A stretch of 64,000 nucleotides of DNA from a bacterium (GTDB lineage Bacteria > UBA8248 > JACPRG01 > G963555815): NCBI GenBank assembly GCA_965261595.1, contig CBDHDG010000007.1, forward strand, positions 960,001 to 1,024,000, in the 5' to 3' direction. This document shows, piece by piece, positions 42,387-52,392 of this stretch (within the stretch, counting starts at the first letter, position 1; each line of letters begins with the position of its first letter). The notes beneath the pieces were generated by a model. It was not told the origin of the DNA, did not search any database, and saw nothing but the letters and a program-made list of their open reading frames with translations. The translations under genes and the position numbers were made by a program.

Positions 42387-42527
42387 GTTACGGGTCCTTA
42401 CCGGGAATATTCGCGGGGCATGAAGGGATCGCCGCGGGCCGCCCCGGCCGGGGGCTCCGCCCCTCCCCCCGCCCGTCTAAATTCCCAAGAACGAAGGGCT
42501 ATCGGTGAATCCAAAGCAATTTTATCC

Positions 42528-42556
42528 AATATATGAGCGCCCGGGAGGTCTGTCAA
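42528..42556 (-). promoter_or_regulatory. Sigma70-type promoter for trxB
   Basis: TTGACA-17 nt-TATATT. Confidence 0.7.
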
Positions 42557-42618
42557 CGGGCCGCCATTTCCGCCCCGGGCCGCCATCGGTTTCGGGATTG
42601 TCCGCGCGGCCGGAGGTC

Positions 42619-43452
42619 TCACAGATCCCGATAGGTCTTCTGCATGAGGAGCGCGTCCTCTTCCAGGATGGGGCTTTCACAGATGAGGAGGCCGCCCGCG
42701 CGGAAATCCTTCAGCGCCTTGAGAACGCCCGCGTAGTCGAAGACGGTCTCTTTCAAAACAACGTGGTTCCTTTCGCCCTTGGGGCCGTACTCGATGCCCG
42801 ACAGGTGGATGTGCATGTCCTGGAGGCCCGCGTCCCCAAGCCGGGTCCGCACGGATTCCAGGATTTCGCAAAATTCCGCGTAACTATTGTACTTTCCCGT
42901 GTTCCGGGCGTAGACGTGGGAGAAATCGATGCAGGGCCGGACGCCTTTGATCTCTTTGGCCAAACGGAGGGTTTCATCGAGGGAGCCGAACTGGGAGCCC
43001 TTTCCCGTCGTCTCGGGGTCCAGGCCGACATCGACCTTTTCCTTGCGAAGCTGGACGGTGAGCTCGCGCAGGTGCTTTTTGACCTTCGGATAGACCTCCT
43101 TGGAAGCGCCCCCCATGTAGAACGCCGGATGAAAGGCCACGCCCCGCGCACTGAAGAAATGGCCGATCCGCGCGGAGTTCAGGATGCGCTCCCGGCTGGC
43201 CTCGACCTTTTCCGGCTCCAGGGAGTTCAGGTTGATCCAGTACGGACCGTGGACGGAGAGGGCCACGTCGTTCTCCCGCGCCGTCTCACCGACCTCGCGG
43301 GCCAGCTTTTCCTTCATGCGGACGCCCTGGACGAACTCCACCTCCATGCAGTCGAGGCCCAGCTCCCGGATGCGCCGAACCCCGTCCAGCGTGCCCTTCT
43401 TGCCCCCCGTGCTGGCGGGGACCCCGGCCGTGCCGAACAACAAGTCGCTCAT
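42619..43452 (-). CDS. nfo: Endonuclease IV-like TIM-barrel protein
   Basis: SVHGPYWINL, FHP, PETTGK, CIDFSH, HIH, ICESP. Confidence 0.85.
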   Translation of the reverse strand: MSDLLFGTAGVPASTGGKKGTLDGVRRIRELGLDCMEVEFVQGVRMKEKLAREVGETARENDVALSVHGPYWINLNSLEPEKVEASRERILNSARIGHFFSARGVAFHPAFYMGGASKEVYPKVKKHLRELTVQLRKEKVDVGLDPETTGKGSQFGSLDETLRLAKEIKGVRPCIDFSHVYARNTGKYNSYAEFCEILESVRTRLGDAGLQDMHIHLSGIEYGPKGERNHVVLKETVFDYAGVLKALKDFRAGGLLICESPILEEDALLMQKTYRDL

Positions 43453-43503
43453 TTTTCAATCCCAATCGTCTTCGAAGACCGCATTCGGAAAGATGATTCC
43501 GCT

Positions 43504-44136
43504 TCATCCCCGGGAAAAACCCGCCGGGCTCCTCACCCACGGCCCGAGCCTTCGCCAGAGCGCGTCCTTTCCCATCCCGTTGGCGGCGGAGAACGTCACC
43601 GGGTCCTCGGGGCCGAGGGACAGGTCCTTTCTCACCCGGGCCGACGCGGCCGCGCGCTTGGAAGCCGAGAGCTTATCCGCCTTGGTCAACACCACGAGGG
43701 CCGCCATCCCTTTGGAGGCGAGCCATTCGAGCAGGTCCCGGTCCATGTCCCCGGCGCCGCGCCGGATGTCCAGGATGACGACGACCCCTTGAAGCGGCGC
43801 CCGGACCTCCAGATACGACTCGACCATCTTTCCCCAGGCCTGCCGGACCCGCTCCGGCGCCTTGGCGTAGCCGTAGCCCGGAAGGTCCACGAACCGGAAC
43901 TCCGTCCCGCCCCCTTTCCCCCCCCCGCCCGTCCGAATCCGGAAGAAATTCAGGGTCTGCGTCTTGCCCGGCGTCGAGCTGGTCTTCACAAGCCCCTTGC
44001 GGCCCATGAGGGTGTTCATCATGGAGGACTTCCCCACGTTGGACCGGCCGGCGAAAGCGACCTCGGCCAGAGGGTCCTTGGGACAGTCCTTCCCGTGGAC
44101 AACCGATTTCTCGAACTCAGCGGCGATAACCTTCAT
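43504..44136 (-). CDS. engB: Ribosome biogenesis GTPase YihA/EngB
   Basis: GRSNVGKSS, DLPGYG, TKADK. Confidence 0.96.
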   Translation of the reverse strand: MKVIAAEFEKSVVHGKDCPKDPLAEVAFAGRSNVGKSSMMNTLMGRKGLVKTSSTPGKTQTLNFFRIRTGGGGKGGGTEFRFVDLPGYGYAKAPERVRQAWGKMVESYLEVRAPLQGVVVILDIRRGAGDMDRDLLEWLASKGMAALVVLTKADKLSASKRAAASARVRKDLSLGPEDPVTFSAANGMGKDALWRRLGPWVRSPAGFSRG

Positions 44137-44237
44137 CTACCCTCCAAGGGGGGGCGGGGGGGAGGGGGGAGGGGGGGGACGGCCCCTTCCATAAATCGTG
44201 GCCGTAGATCCCAAAACCGGACCCTCAGGGGTTCGGC

Positions 44238-45037
44238 TTACCGGGACCGCAGGGAGACGGCCGCCCGCGCCAGGCGCGGGAGGATCTCGCCCGCGTCTCC
44301 GGCCAGGACGGCGTCCGCCTCGACGTCCAGCGGGGTTTCCTCCCGGTTGACGATGATCAGCCTGGCCCCCCGGGCCTTCGCCCGGGCCGGAAGGCCGGCC
44401 GCCGGCTGGACGGCCAGGGACGTGCCGACGACCAGGAAAACGTCCGCCCGGTTCGTCCACTCAACGGCCCGGTCCATCCGGTCGCGGGGAATGCCCTCGC
44501 CGAAAAAACGGCGTCGGTCTTCTGGATGCCCCCGCACGACGGGCAATTCGGCGGAAGATCCCCTGCCGCCACCCGGCGGTTGACGGCCTCGCGGGTTTCC
44601 CGGATCCCGCAATCCAGGCATATCACCCAGTGGGAGGTGCCGTGGATCTCGATGAGGTCCTCTTCCGGGAACTCGGCCTTCTGGTGCAGTCCGTCGGTGT
44701 TCTGTGTAACGACCCTCCGGAGGACGCCCTTCCTGTTCAGGTCCGTCAGCGCGCGGTGTCCGCCGTGGGGGACCGCCCGCAGGTTTTGGGCGTAATACTC
44801 GGGCGTCATCCGCCAGTAGCGGACGCGGGAATCGAGGTTGCCGACGTAGTGGCGGTAAGTGAAATCCCGCTGATCCAGCCGCGTCCAGATCCCGCCGGGA
44901 GAGCGGAAGTCCGGAATGCCCGATTCCGTTCCCAGACCGGCCCCGGTCATGGCGACGGCGAACCGGCTTTCCGCGAGCCAGGCGGCCGGCCCCTCAATCT
45001 CTTCAGAGACTTCGTCGAGAGAGCCCACCCGCTTCAT
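44238..45037 (-). CDS. cobB: Sir2-family NAD-dependent deacylase, 1-nt frameshift in a T-run near 44505
   Basis: TGAG..ESGIPDFRS, TQNTDGLH, HG, two CxxC pairs. V(F)FGE...GTSLAVQPA continues in the second frame. Confidence 0.88.
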
Positions 45038-46011
45038 CACCCCAGAAAAAAGACGGCCATCAACGCCAGATACACCAGGTACATTCCGGTCAACATTCCG
45101 CCCTTCATCCGGCTCACACCGCGGCCCGACAACCCGAACACCAGGAGCGCGATGATCATCAAGAGCGTGAAAGGGAGATCCAGAACCCGGTTCTGCTCGA
45201 CGATGGGCAGCGGGATCACGATCGCGCTGGCCCCCATGACCCAGAAAACGTTCAGGACGTTCGCCCCCAGAATGTTCCCCAGACTCATGTCCATATGGCC
45301 CTTGATCATCGACGCGACGGCCAGGGTGATCTCGGGAAGGGACGTCCCCACCGCGACAATCGTCAGGCCGATGATGAGATCCGAGACCCCCGCGTGGCGG
45401 GCGATCTGCGCGCTGTTCTGGACGAGCAGAATGCTTCCCGCGCCCACCGACGCCGCGCCGACGAGGAACCAAAGACCCTGCCGGACCCATTCAGCCTTCT
45501 CGACTTTCGGCGCTTCCTCTTTCGGGCCGTCCCCGGCCGAGGACAGACGCCAATTGTAAACCAGGAAGGCGACGGCCCCCAGGATGAACATGATGCCCAC
45601 GGGCCGCCCGACGGATTCCCGGCCCAGGGCCGCGGCCCACAGCGCGGCCGCCGCCCCCAAGGCGAACAGGGCCTGCCTCATGAAGATCCGCCGCGTCACG
45701 GCAATCGTCCCCACCAGGGCCGAGAGACCGACGACCAGGCCGATGTTGCACAGATAGGAGCCGACCGCGTTCCCCACGGCCAGGAGGGGCTTGCCCAGGA
45801 AGGCCGCGCTGAAGGAGACGGCGAACTCGGGAAAGGTCGTGGCGAGACTGACAATCGTCGCGCCGACGACCACCTTGGGGATGTCGGCCGCGCGGGAGAT
45901 GAAGACCGCTCCGTCCAAAAATTTCACCGCTCCCCAGACCATCAGGGCGGCGCCCGCCGCAAAGAGGACAGCGTTCCATCCCAGACCCAGCCCCGCAAAC
46001 AAAGATTCCAC
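45037..46011 (-). CDS. Calcium/sodium antiporter (YrbG-like)
   Basis: ATTFPE...GNAVGS and GTSLPE...GNILGAN alpha repeats. Confidence 0.92.
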   Translation of the reverse strand: MESLFAGLGLGWNAVLFAAGAALMVWGAVKFLDGAVFISRAADIPKVVVGATIVSLATTFPEFAVSFSAAFLGKPLLAVGNAVGSYLCNIGLVVGLSALVGTIAVTRRIFMRQALFALGAAAALWAAALGRESVGRPVGIMFILGAVAFLVYNWRLSSAGDGPKEEAPKVEKAEWVRQGLWFLVGAASVGAGSILLVQNSAQIARHAGVSDLIIGLTIVAVGTSLPEITLAVASMIKGHMDMSLGNILGANVLNVFWVMGASAIVIPLPIVEQNRVLDLPFTLLMIIALLVFGLSGRGVSRMKGGMLTGMYLVYLALMAVFFLG

Positions 46012-46021
46012 GCTTAGATCC

Positions 46022-46732
46022 TCAATCGTCCCTGTTTTTCTCGGGCGCGATGAGGACGACGTACTCCCCCCTCGCCTTCCTCCGGCCGATCTTTTCCGCC
46101 ACTTCCCGCACGGTTCCGCGAAGGAACTCCTCGTGGATCTTCGTCAATTCCCGGGCGATGACAACCTGCCGTCCGGCCATCCGCTCCTCCAACTCCGATA
46201 AGAGCTTTGCGATCCGGTGGGGCGACTCGAAGAGAACAACCGTCCGGGTCTCGCGGGACAATTCTTCGAGACGCCTCTGTCTTCTGCCGGACTTGACCGG
46301 CAGAAACCCCTCGAAGGCGAAGCGGTCGGTGGGGAGCCCGCTCGATGAAAGCGCGGCGGTCAGGGCCGAAGGCCCCGGAATCGGGACCACGTCAATCCCG
46401 GCCTCTATCGCCCGTTTCACCAGGTAGTAGCCCGGGTCCGAGAGACCGGGGGTCCCGGCGTCGGTGACCAGGGCCACGCTCTCTCCCTGTTCCAGCCGCC
46501 GGAGGAGGCCGGGCGTCCGGGCTTCCTTGTTGTGATCGTGGTGGCTCTCCAGCCGTTTTCCGGCGATCTCGCACCGGGACAGGAGCTTTCGGGTGCGGCG
46601 CGTGTCTTCCGCCGCGATCAGGTCGGCCTCCGCGAGGGTCTTCAGCGCCCGCAGTGTGATGTCTTCCAAATTCCCGATGGGGGTTCCCACAATGTACAGG
46701 ACGCCCGCCCGGGGCTTCGCTTCCCGTTCCAT
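46022..46732 (-). CDS. rsmI: 16S rRNA C1402 2'-O-methyltransferase
   Basis: TPIGNLEDIT, AEDTR, DAGTPGLSDPG, RELTKIHEE. Confidence 0.96.
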   Translation of the reverse strand: MEREAKPRAGVLYIVGTPIGNLEDITLRALKTLAEADLIAAEDTRRTRKLLSRCEIAGKRLESHHDHNKEARTPGLLRRLEQGESVALVTDAGTPGLSDPGYYLVKRAIEAGIDVVPIPGPSALTAALSSSGLPTDRFAFEGFLPVKSGRRQRRLEELSRETRTVVLFESPHRIAKLLSELEERMAGRQVVIARELTKIHEEFLRGTVREVAEKIGRRKARGEYVVLIAPEKNRDD

Positions 46733-46848
46733 GCGAACATTCTAATCGAGGTCGGCGTCTCCCGGCGAGGGCATTCCCCGGTTGAATCGGGGACGCCGGA
46801 AAGGATACCATGGGCCGGCACCCGTGGATGGGAAAGAGGGGGAAAGAC

Positions 46849-47916
46849 GTGAGGGTTTATGAAAGCCTGATCCGGCCGGCGCTCTTTCGGCTCTCCGCCG
46901 AGCGGGCGCACGACCTGGCGAAGCGGGCCCTGGCGGCGGAGGCCCCGTGGCGTCTTCTGTCGGGCCGGTTTCAAACCTGCGATCCCCGCTTGGAGATGGA
47001 GGTGGGCGGGCTGCGGCAGGCCAACCCCATCGGTCTGGCGGCGGGACTGGACAAGGACGCCGACGCCCTCCCCGGTCTGGCCCACCTCGGCTTCGGCAGC
47101 CTCACCGTCGGCACCATCATGCCCGGGGTCAGAAAGGGGAACCCGAAGCCCCGGCTGGTGCGCCTGCCCGAGCGGATGGCCGTCATCGATCACATGGGGC
47201 TTCCATCGAAAGGGCTGGACCGCGCGGTCCGCAAGCTGCGAAGGTTTCGGGCGGCCCATCCCCCCGGTGAGGGTCGTCCTCCCCTGATCGTCAGCGTGGG
47301 CGGCCTCACGGTCGAGGAGGTGCTCGCCGGACACGAGGCGGTGGAGCCCCTGGCGGACGCCGTCGAGTTCGACCTGACCTGTCCGAACGTGACCGAGCGG
47401 GGGGATTTCGAAACCATGGATGGAATCTCGCGGTTCGTGGAACGGCTCGTGACGCAGCGGCGCAAGCCCCTGTTTTTCAGACTGCCGCTGCGGCTCTCGG
47501 ACGAGAACTGGCGAAAGGCCCTCGCCCTGTGCGAGGTGGCCGCGAAATACGGGGTGGACGGGGTGACGCCGGCGGGTGGACTCCCGGCCGAGGACGCGCG
47601 GCTGGCGCTCGGCAAGGGCGCCCTGGCGGGAAAACCCCTGCTCGAGAACTCTCTACGCATCGTCCGGGACCTGCGAAGCGCGGTGGGCGATGATCTCGCC
47701 ATCCGGATCGCCGGCGGCGCCACCGACGGGGAATCGGTCTTCCGTCTCCTGGAGGCCGGCGCGGACGCGGTCAACATCCTGACGGCCTTCATCTATCGGG
47801 GTCCGGGCGCGGCGGCGGCGATGAACCGCGAGCTCCTGAAGAAAATGGACGAGGCCGGCGTAAAGTCCGTCCGGGACCTGGGCGTCAAATCCCGGCGAGC
47901 GGCGGCGGGCGGGTAG
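46849..47916 (+). CDS. Dihydroorotate dehydrogenase-like flavoprotein, paralog 1
   Basis: RPALFRLSAERAH, NPIGLAAGLDKD, GNPKPRL, DLTCPN. Confidence 0.85.
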   Translation: MRVYESLIRPALFRLSAERAHDLAKRALAAEAPWRLLSGRFQTCDPRLEMEVGGLRQANPIGLAAGLDKDADALPGLAHLGFGSLTVGTIMPGVRKGNPKPRLVRLPERMAVIDHMGLPSKGLDRAVRKLRRFRAAHPPGEGRPPLIVSVGGLTVEEVLAGHEAVEPLADAVEFDLTCPNVTERGDFETMDGISRFVERLVTQRRKPLFFRLPLRLSDENWRKALALCEVAAKYGVDGVTPAGGLPAEDARLALGKGALAGKPLLENSLRIVRDLRSAVGDDLAIRIAGGATDGESVFRLLEAGADAVNILTAFIYRGPGAAAAMNRELLKKMDEAGVKSVRDLGVKSRRAAAGG

Positions 47917-47948
47917 TCCTCCATCCGCTGTCCCAGGAGGGAGAAGTC

Positions 47949-49013
47949 ATGGGTCTGTACGAGCGCGTTCTCCGTCCCGCGCTGTTTTGTCTCCCGGCCG
48001 AGACCGCCCACAACCTGGGCAAGCGGGCTCTCTCCGTGGAACTGCCGTGGCGTCTCCAGGCGGGGAGATATCGGGTCGCCGACCCCCGGCTGGAAACCGA
48101 GGTTGCGGGCCTTCGGCAGAGCAGCCCCTTCGGCCTGACGGCCGGGTTCGACAAGGACGCTCTCGCCCTTCCGGGCCTCGCCCACCTCGGCTTCGGGAGC
48201 GTCACGGTGGGGGCCATCATGCCGGCGCCCAGGGAGGGGAACCCCAGGCCCCGGCTGAGCCGCCGGCCGGAAGAACGGGCGCTGCTCAACTGCATGGGGC
48301 TCCCTTCCCGGGGGCTGGCGTACGCCGTGCGGAACCTGCGGCGGCATCGCGCGTCTCATCCGGCCGGCGGACCCCCGGTCATCGCGAACGTGGGCGGGTT
48401 CACCATCGAAGGGATCCTGGGTTGCTTCCGGGCGGTGGAGCCTTATGTGGACGCCGTCGAGCTGGACCTGACCTGCCCCAACGTCCGGGTGGAGGGCGAG
48501 CTGGCCCGGATGGAGGGCATCGTCAAGGCCATGAAGATCATCATGGCGGAGCGCGCGAAGCCCCTCCTCACAAAGCTCCCCCTTCGCTCGACGGAAGAGA
48601 GCTGGCGGCGGGCGCTGGACATGACGAGGGCGGCCGTCGAGGCCGGACTGGAGGGCGTCACCGCGGCGGGGAACCTCCGGGTCGAGGACGGCCGGCTCTC
48701 GAAACGGCAGGTTTCCCTGACGGGGCCGCCCTGCCTGGAGAACACCCTCGAAGTCGTCCGGGAGCTGCGGGCCGTTGCGGGAGAGGGATTCACGATCCGC
48801 ATGTCGGGCGGCGCGTCCGATGGCGCGGGCGTCTTTCGCCTTCTGGAAGCCGGCGCGGACGCGGTGAACGCCTTCACGGCCTTCGTCTATCAGGGTCCGG
48901 GCGTCGCGGCGCGGGTCAACCGGCAGCTTCTCGAAAAGATGGACGCGGAAGGCGTGCGGTCCGTCGGCGAGATTCGGGAGAGCCGGGCCGCGCCCAAGAC
49001 AGCCGTTTCATAG
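47949..49013 (+). CDS. Dihydroorotate dehydrogenase-like flavoprotein, paralog 2
   Basis: RPALFCLPAETAH, GLTAGFDKD, GNPRPRL, DLTCPN. Confidence 0.85.
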   Translation: MGLYERVLRPALFCLPAETAHNLGKRALSVELPWRLQAGRYRVADPRLETEVAGLRQSSPFGLTAGFDKDALALPGLAHLGFGSVTVGAIMPAPREGNPRPRLSRRPEERALLNCMGLPSRGLAYAVRNLRRHRASHPAGGPPVIANVGGFTIEGILGCFRAVEPYVDAVELDLTCPNVRVEGELARMEGIVKAMKIIMAERAKPLLTKLPLRSTEESWRRALDMTRAAVEAGLEGVTAAGNLRVEDGRLSKRQVSLTGPPCLENTLEVVRELRAVAGEGFTIRMSGGASDGAGVFRLLEAGADAVNAFTAFVYQGPGVAARVNRQLLEKMDAEGVRSVGEIRESRAAPKTAVS

Positions 49014-49091
49014 TCCGAGGCGGCGACGCCCCCCTCCCTCCCCTCCCCCCCTCTTTCTCAGAATGATCATCATCGGCTCAACGGGGATGCC

Positions 49092-49841
49092 ATGTTGAAA
49101 GCAATGATCCGATCCGCTTGGCGCTCGGCGATCAGAAGTTGTCTCGTGATTCATAGAAGGAGCGCGCCCAAAGGATTGAGGCCGGAGGATGCAAAGTTTC
49201 TCATGACTTTGGCGTTGGGGGATCAAACCATCTACGATGTGGGCGCGTATAAAGGTTATTACACCCTCTTTTTTTCCCGGGCCGTCGGGAGCGGGGGGGG
49301 TGGGGGTGGGGGGAAGATCGTCGCGTTTGAGCCGCATCCCGACAACCATAAGAAGCTTCTGAAAAGGATAAAGCTCAACCTGCTGGACAACGTGGAAGCG
49401 CGGCAGGTCGCCATCGGAAATGAAACTGGCCGGAGGACGCTGGCCTTCCGGGATACGGATTCCGGGACATCGAGCCTCCAAGAAGAGATGAAGGCGAAAA
49501 TTCTCCATGAAAAGAGCGCGGGGAGCGTAGAAGTCGAAATCGATTCACTGGATCGCCAGGCCGCCGCACATCGCTTCCCGAAGCCGGACCTGATCAAGAT
49601 CGATGTCGAAGGGTTTGAAATGGATGTCCTGCTCGGGATGAGTGAAACGATAAGAAACCATAAACCCAAGCTTTACATCGAAATCCACGGAGTCGACGCG
49701 GAAAGCAAAATCGCAAACGTGCGGAAAGTCGTCGAATTCTTATCGGGATGGACGTATGCGATTCACCACGTTGAATCCGGAGCGATGATCAACCCGGACA
49801 ACAGTCAAATCGCCAAAGAGGGCCACTTGTACTGCACTTAG
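49092..49841 (+). CDS. FkbM-family methyltransferase
   Basis: YDVGAYKG, AFEP, IKIDVEGFE, IEIH. Confidence 0.9.
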   Translation: MLKAMIRSAWRSAIRSCLVIHRRSAPKGLRPEDAKFLMTLALGDQTIYDVGAYKGYYTLFFSRAVGSGGGGGGGKIVAFEPHPDNHKKLLKRIKLNLLDNVEARQVAIGNETGRRTLAFRDTDSGTSSLQEEMKAKILHEKSAGSVEVEIDSLDRQAAAHRFPKPDLIKIDVEGFEMDVLLGMSETIRNHKPKLYIEIHGVDAESKIANVRKVVEFLSGWTYAIHHVESGAMINPDNSQIAKEGHLYCT

Positions 49842-49874
49842 TGTTCCTGTTTGAGACATTCGCATAAGAAGATC

Positions 49875-51279
49875 TCCCCCGCTCTAGGGTTTTGTTGGAC
49901 ACTCGATTGATCCATGATTCATGGAGAAAGGGGTGTCGCGATGAACGAACAAAAGCAAGAGGGGGCTTTGGCGGAGGGCGCCCGCAGGGCGAACGGAGCC
50001 AAGGCCCCAGGGCATCGCAGTGAGCGGGGTCGGTTCTCCTGCCAGGCGCAAGCGGGAGGCGGTCCTGCGTCTTTTGCGGGGCGAGAGCCTGGAGACGCTC
50101 TGCCGCGAGTTGGGCACGACAGCGGCTCGGCTTTCCGCCTGGCGCGAGGCGTTCCTTCGCGCGGGCGAGGCGGCGCTCAAAGCCCGCCCGGCGGATGAGC
50201 GGGACGAGGAGAACGCCCGGCTCAAGGCCAAGGTGGGCGAACTCACGATGGAGGGCGAGGTCCTGCGGGAGAAGATCGACCGCCTGGAGGCCGGCCGCCC
50301 TTTAGCCGGCAGGAGGTGGAGGCGATGAGTCAGGCCCGCTTCACCTCCACGGGCAGAGCTTACGGCCTGAAGCGGGTGTGCGCCCTTTGGGGCTTGGCGC
50401 GCTCCACGGTCTACGCGCAACGGCGGCGAGAGGCGGTCCCCGTTCATGAACGCCCCACGCCCAATAAGCGCGGCCCTGTGGGCCCGTGCACCGATGCGGA
50501 ACTCCTCGGCCACATCCGGCAGGTCCTGGAGGACTCTCCCTTCCATGGCGAGGGCTACCGCAAGGTGTGGGCGAGGCTGCGCTTCGCGGGCATCCGCACC
50601 AGCAAGGAGCGGGTGCGTCGCCTGATGCGGGAGGCGGGGCTTCAGGCCCCCCACCGGGTGGGCAAACCCCGAGGTCCCAAGGCCCACAACGGGACCATCC
50701 GCACCGAGCGGCCCGACCGAATGTGGGGCACGGACATGACGACGACGGTGACCACCGAGGAGGGGATGGCCTCGGTGTTCGTGGCGGTGGATCACTGCTC
50801 GGTGGACTGCGTGGGGATCCATGCGGCCAAGAGCGGCAACCGCTTCGAGGCCCTGGAGCCGATCCGGCAGGGGGTCGCCGAGCGCTTCGCCGGCTTGGAG
50901 GCGGACGTCGCCGAGGGGCTTAAAGTTCGTCACGACCACGGCCCCGCCTATCTGTCCGATGACTTTCAGCGGGAGATCGCCTACCTGGGCATGACCAGTT
51001 CGCCCAGCTTCGTGCGGGCGCCCGAGGGAAATGGCTACTGTGAGTGGTTCATCCGCATCTTGAAGGAGAATCTCCTGTGGGTGCGCTCTTTCGCCACCGT
51101 AGAGGAACTGCGGTGGGCGTTGCTTGAGTTCAAGAACCTGTATAACCATCATTGGATTCTCGAGGGCTACGGCTACCGAACGCCGGCCCAGGCAAGGCAG
51201 GAAAAACTCGCTCAAGTTGCGGAGGCCGCATGAGGTCGAATACCCTCACCCGAGTGTCCAATAACCCAGGGGCGGTCCA
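49875..51279 (+). mobile_element. IS3-family insertion sequence, copy 2 (1405 bp)
   Basis: Near-identical to copy 1, with one extra G in orfA near 50045. No 3-4 bp target duplication. Confidence 0.93.
50316..51233 (+). CDS. IS3 transposase OrfB
   Basis: Differs from copy 1 by one residue (V to M). Confidence 0.92.
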   Translation: MEAMSQARFTSTGRAYGLKRVCALWGLARSTVYAQRRREAVPVHERPTPNKRGPVGPCTDAELLGHIRQVLEDSPFHGEGYRKVWARLRFAGIRTSKERVRRLMREAGLQAPHRVGKPRGPKAHNGTIRTERPDRMWGTDMTTTVTTEEGMASVFVAVDHCSVDCVGIHAAKSGNRFEALEPIRQGVAERFAGLEADVAEGLKVRHDHGPAYLSDDFQREIAYLGMTSSPSFVRAPEGNGYCEWFIRILKENLLWVRSFATVEELRWALLEFKNLYNHHWILEGYGYRTPAQARQEKLAQVAEAA

Positions 51280-51303
51280 TCAACTCGTAGCGGAATTATG
51301 CCC

Positions 51304-51332
51304 TTGACAAAGTAGGCCACAAGGTCTATATT
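51304..51332 (+). promoter_or_regulatory. Sigma70-type promoter for the IS1595 transposase
   Basis: TTGACA-17 nt-TATATT, with the -35 box inside the TIR. Confidence 0.7.
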
Positions 51333-51503
51333 CTAGGGTATGGCTGATTCATCGTTCACTTCAGCGTCTTTCGACCTTTCGCCCACAATCTTGTCTACTT
51401 CCTTCATAACCCGTTTTCCGAATATCTTCTCCATAAAATCATGGCCCGAAAGTTCGAGGTCTTCCTTTTTCAGTTCGTCTTTCTCTTTGGGGGATTGACC
51501 CAT
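51333..51503 (-). CDS. Small hypothetical IS passenger protein (56 aa)
   Basis: MGQSPKEKDELKKEDLELSGHDFMEKIFGKRVMKEVDK, divergent from and overlapping the transposase start. Confidence 0.5.
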   Translation of the reverse strand: MGQSPKEKDELKKEDLELSGHDFMEKIFGKRVMKEVDKIVGERSKDAEVNDESAIP

Positions 51504-52392
51504 GGACATGAACCTCGTTTCCTTGATGGACCGCTTCAACTGCGATAAAAAGTGCCGAAAGGCCCTGGAGCATATCCGGTGGCCCAATGGTGTCGCCTGC
51601 ACCCGTTGCGGCGATATGGACGTTCTTCCTCTTCCCAAACACTGCCGATGGGAATGTAAGTCATGCGGCTACCAGTTCAGCGTCATGTCGGGGACCATCA
51701 TGCACGATTCTCATCTTGCCCTTCGCAAGTGGTTCCTGGCGATCTACCTGATGTGCGAGTCGAAGAAGGGGATTTCCGCCCTTCAGATGAAGAGAACGCT
51801 TGGGACAACCTACCGGACGGCCTGGCACCTGTGCCACCGCATCCGCGAGGCGATGGGCAATGATCCGTTTGAGGGGCCTACGCTTCTCGGAGTGGTAGAG
51901 GTCGATGAAACGCTTGTGGGAGGCAAGAAGAAGGGCAAGGGCCGTGCCTACAAGGGCAACAAGGTTTGGGTCGCAGGAGCCATCCAGCGAGGCGGCAAGG
52001 TCCGGGTCGAGCGTATCTCCGACGTGAAACGTCACACGCTCCATGGATTCATTAGCCGCGCCGTTCGGGACGAAGCCGAGGCCATCTATACGGACGAATT
52101 GAAGTCCTACCTGGGAATTGCCGACAACAATACGCGCCATGAGACGGTCAACCATTCAGCCGAACAATGGGTCATTGGCGAAGTTCACACCAACAGCATA
52201 GAAGGTGTTTGGAGCCTATTCAAGCGTTCCCTGATGGGTGCGTTCCACAAGATGAGCGCGAAGCACATGGACCGCTACCTCGAAGAGCTTGAATGGCGGT
52301 TCAACAACCGGAACAACCCGAATCTATTCCAAGATACCCTTGCCCGCATTATGGACACTAAGAATCTGACTTATCGGGAGTTGGTGGCTTAA
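51502..52392 (+). CDS. IS1595 transposase
   Basis: Zn ribbon CTRC...CKSC, EVDET, YTDE, VNHS, HTNSIEG.W, YLEE..RFN. Confidence 0.95.
   Translation: MDMNLVSLMDRFNCDKKCRKALEHIRWPNGVACTRCGDMDVLPLPKHCRWECKSCGYQFSVMSGTIMHDSHLALRKWFLAIYLMCESKKGISALQMKRTLGTTYRTAWHLCHRIREAMGNDPFEGPTLLGVVEVDETLVGGKKKGKGRAYKGNKVWVAGAIQRGGKVRVERISDVKRHTLHGFISRAVRDEAEAIYTDELKSYLGIADNNTRHETVNHSAEQWVIGEVHTNSIEGVWSLFKRSLMGAFHKMSAKHMDRYLEELEWRFNNRNNPNLFQDTLARIMDTKNLTYRELVA

Noticed and set aside
4484..51279. Composite transposon or inversion bounded by the two inverted IS3 copies
   Set aside because: Copy 1 has its own matching flanks, and the interval contains core housekeeping genes.
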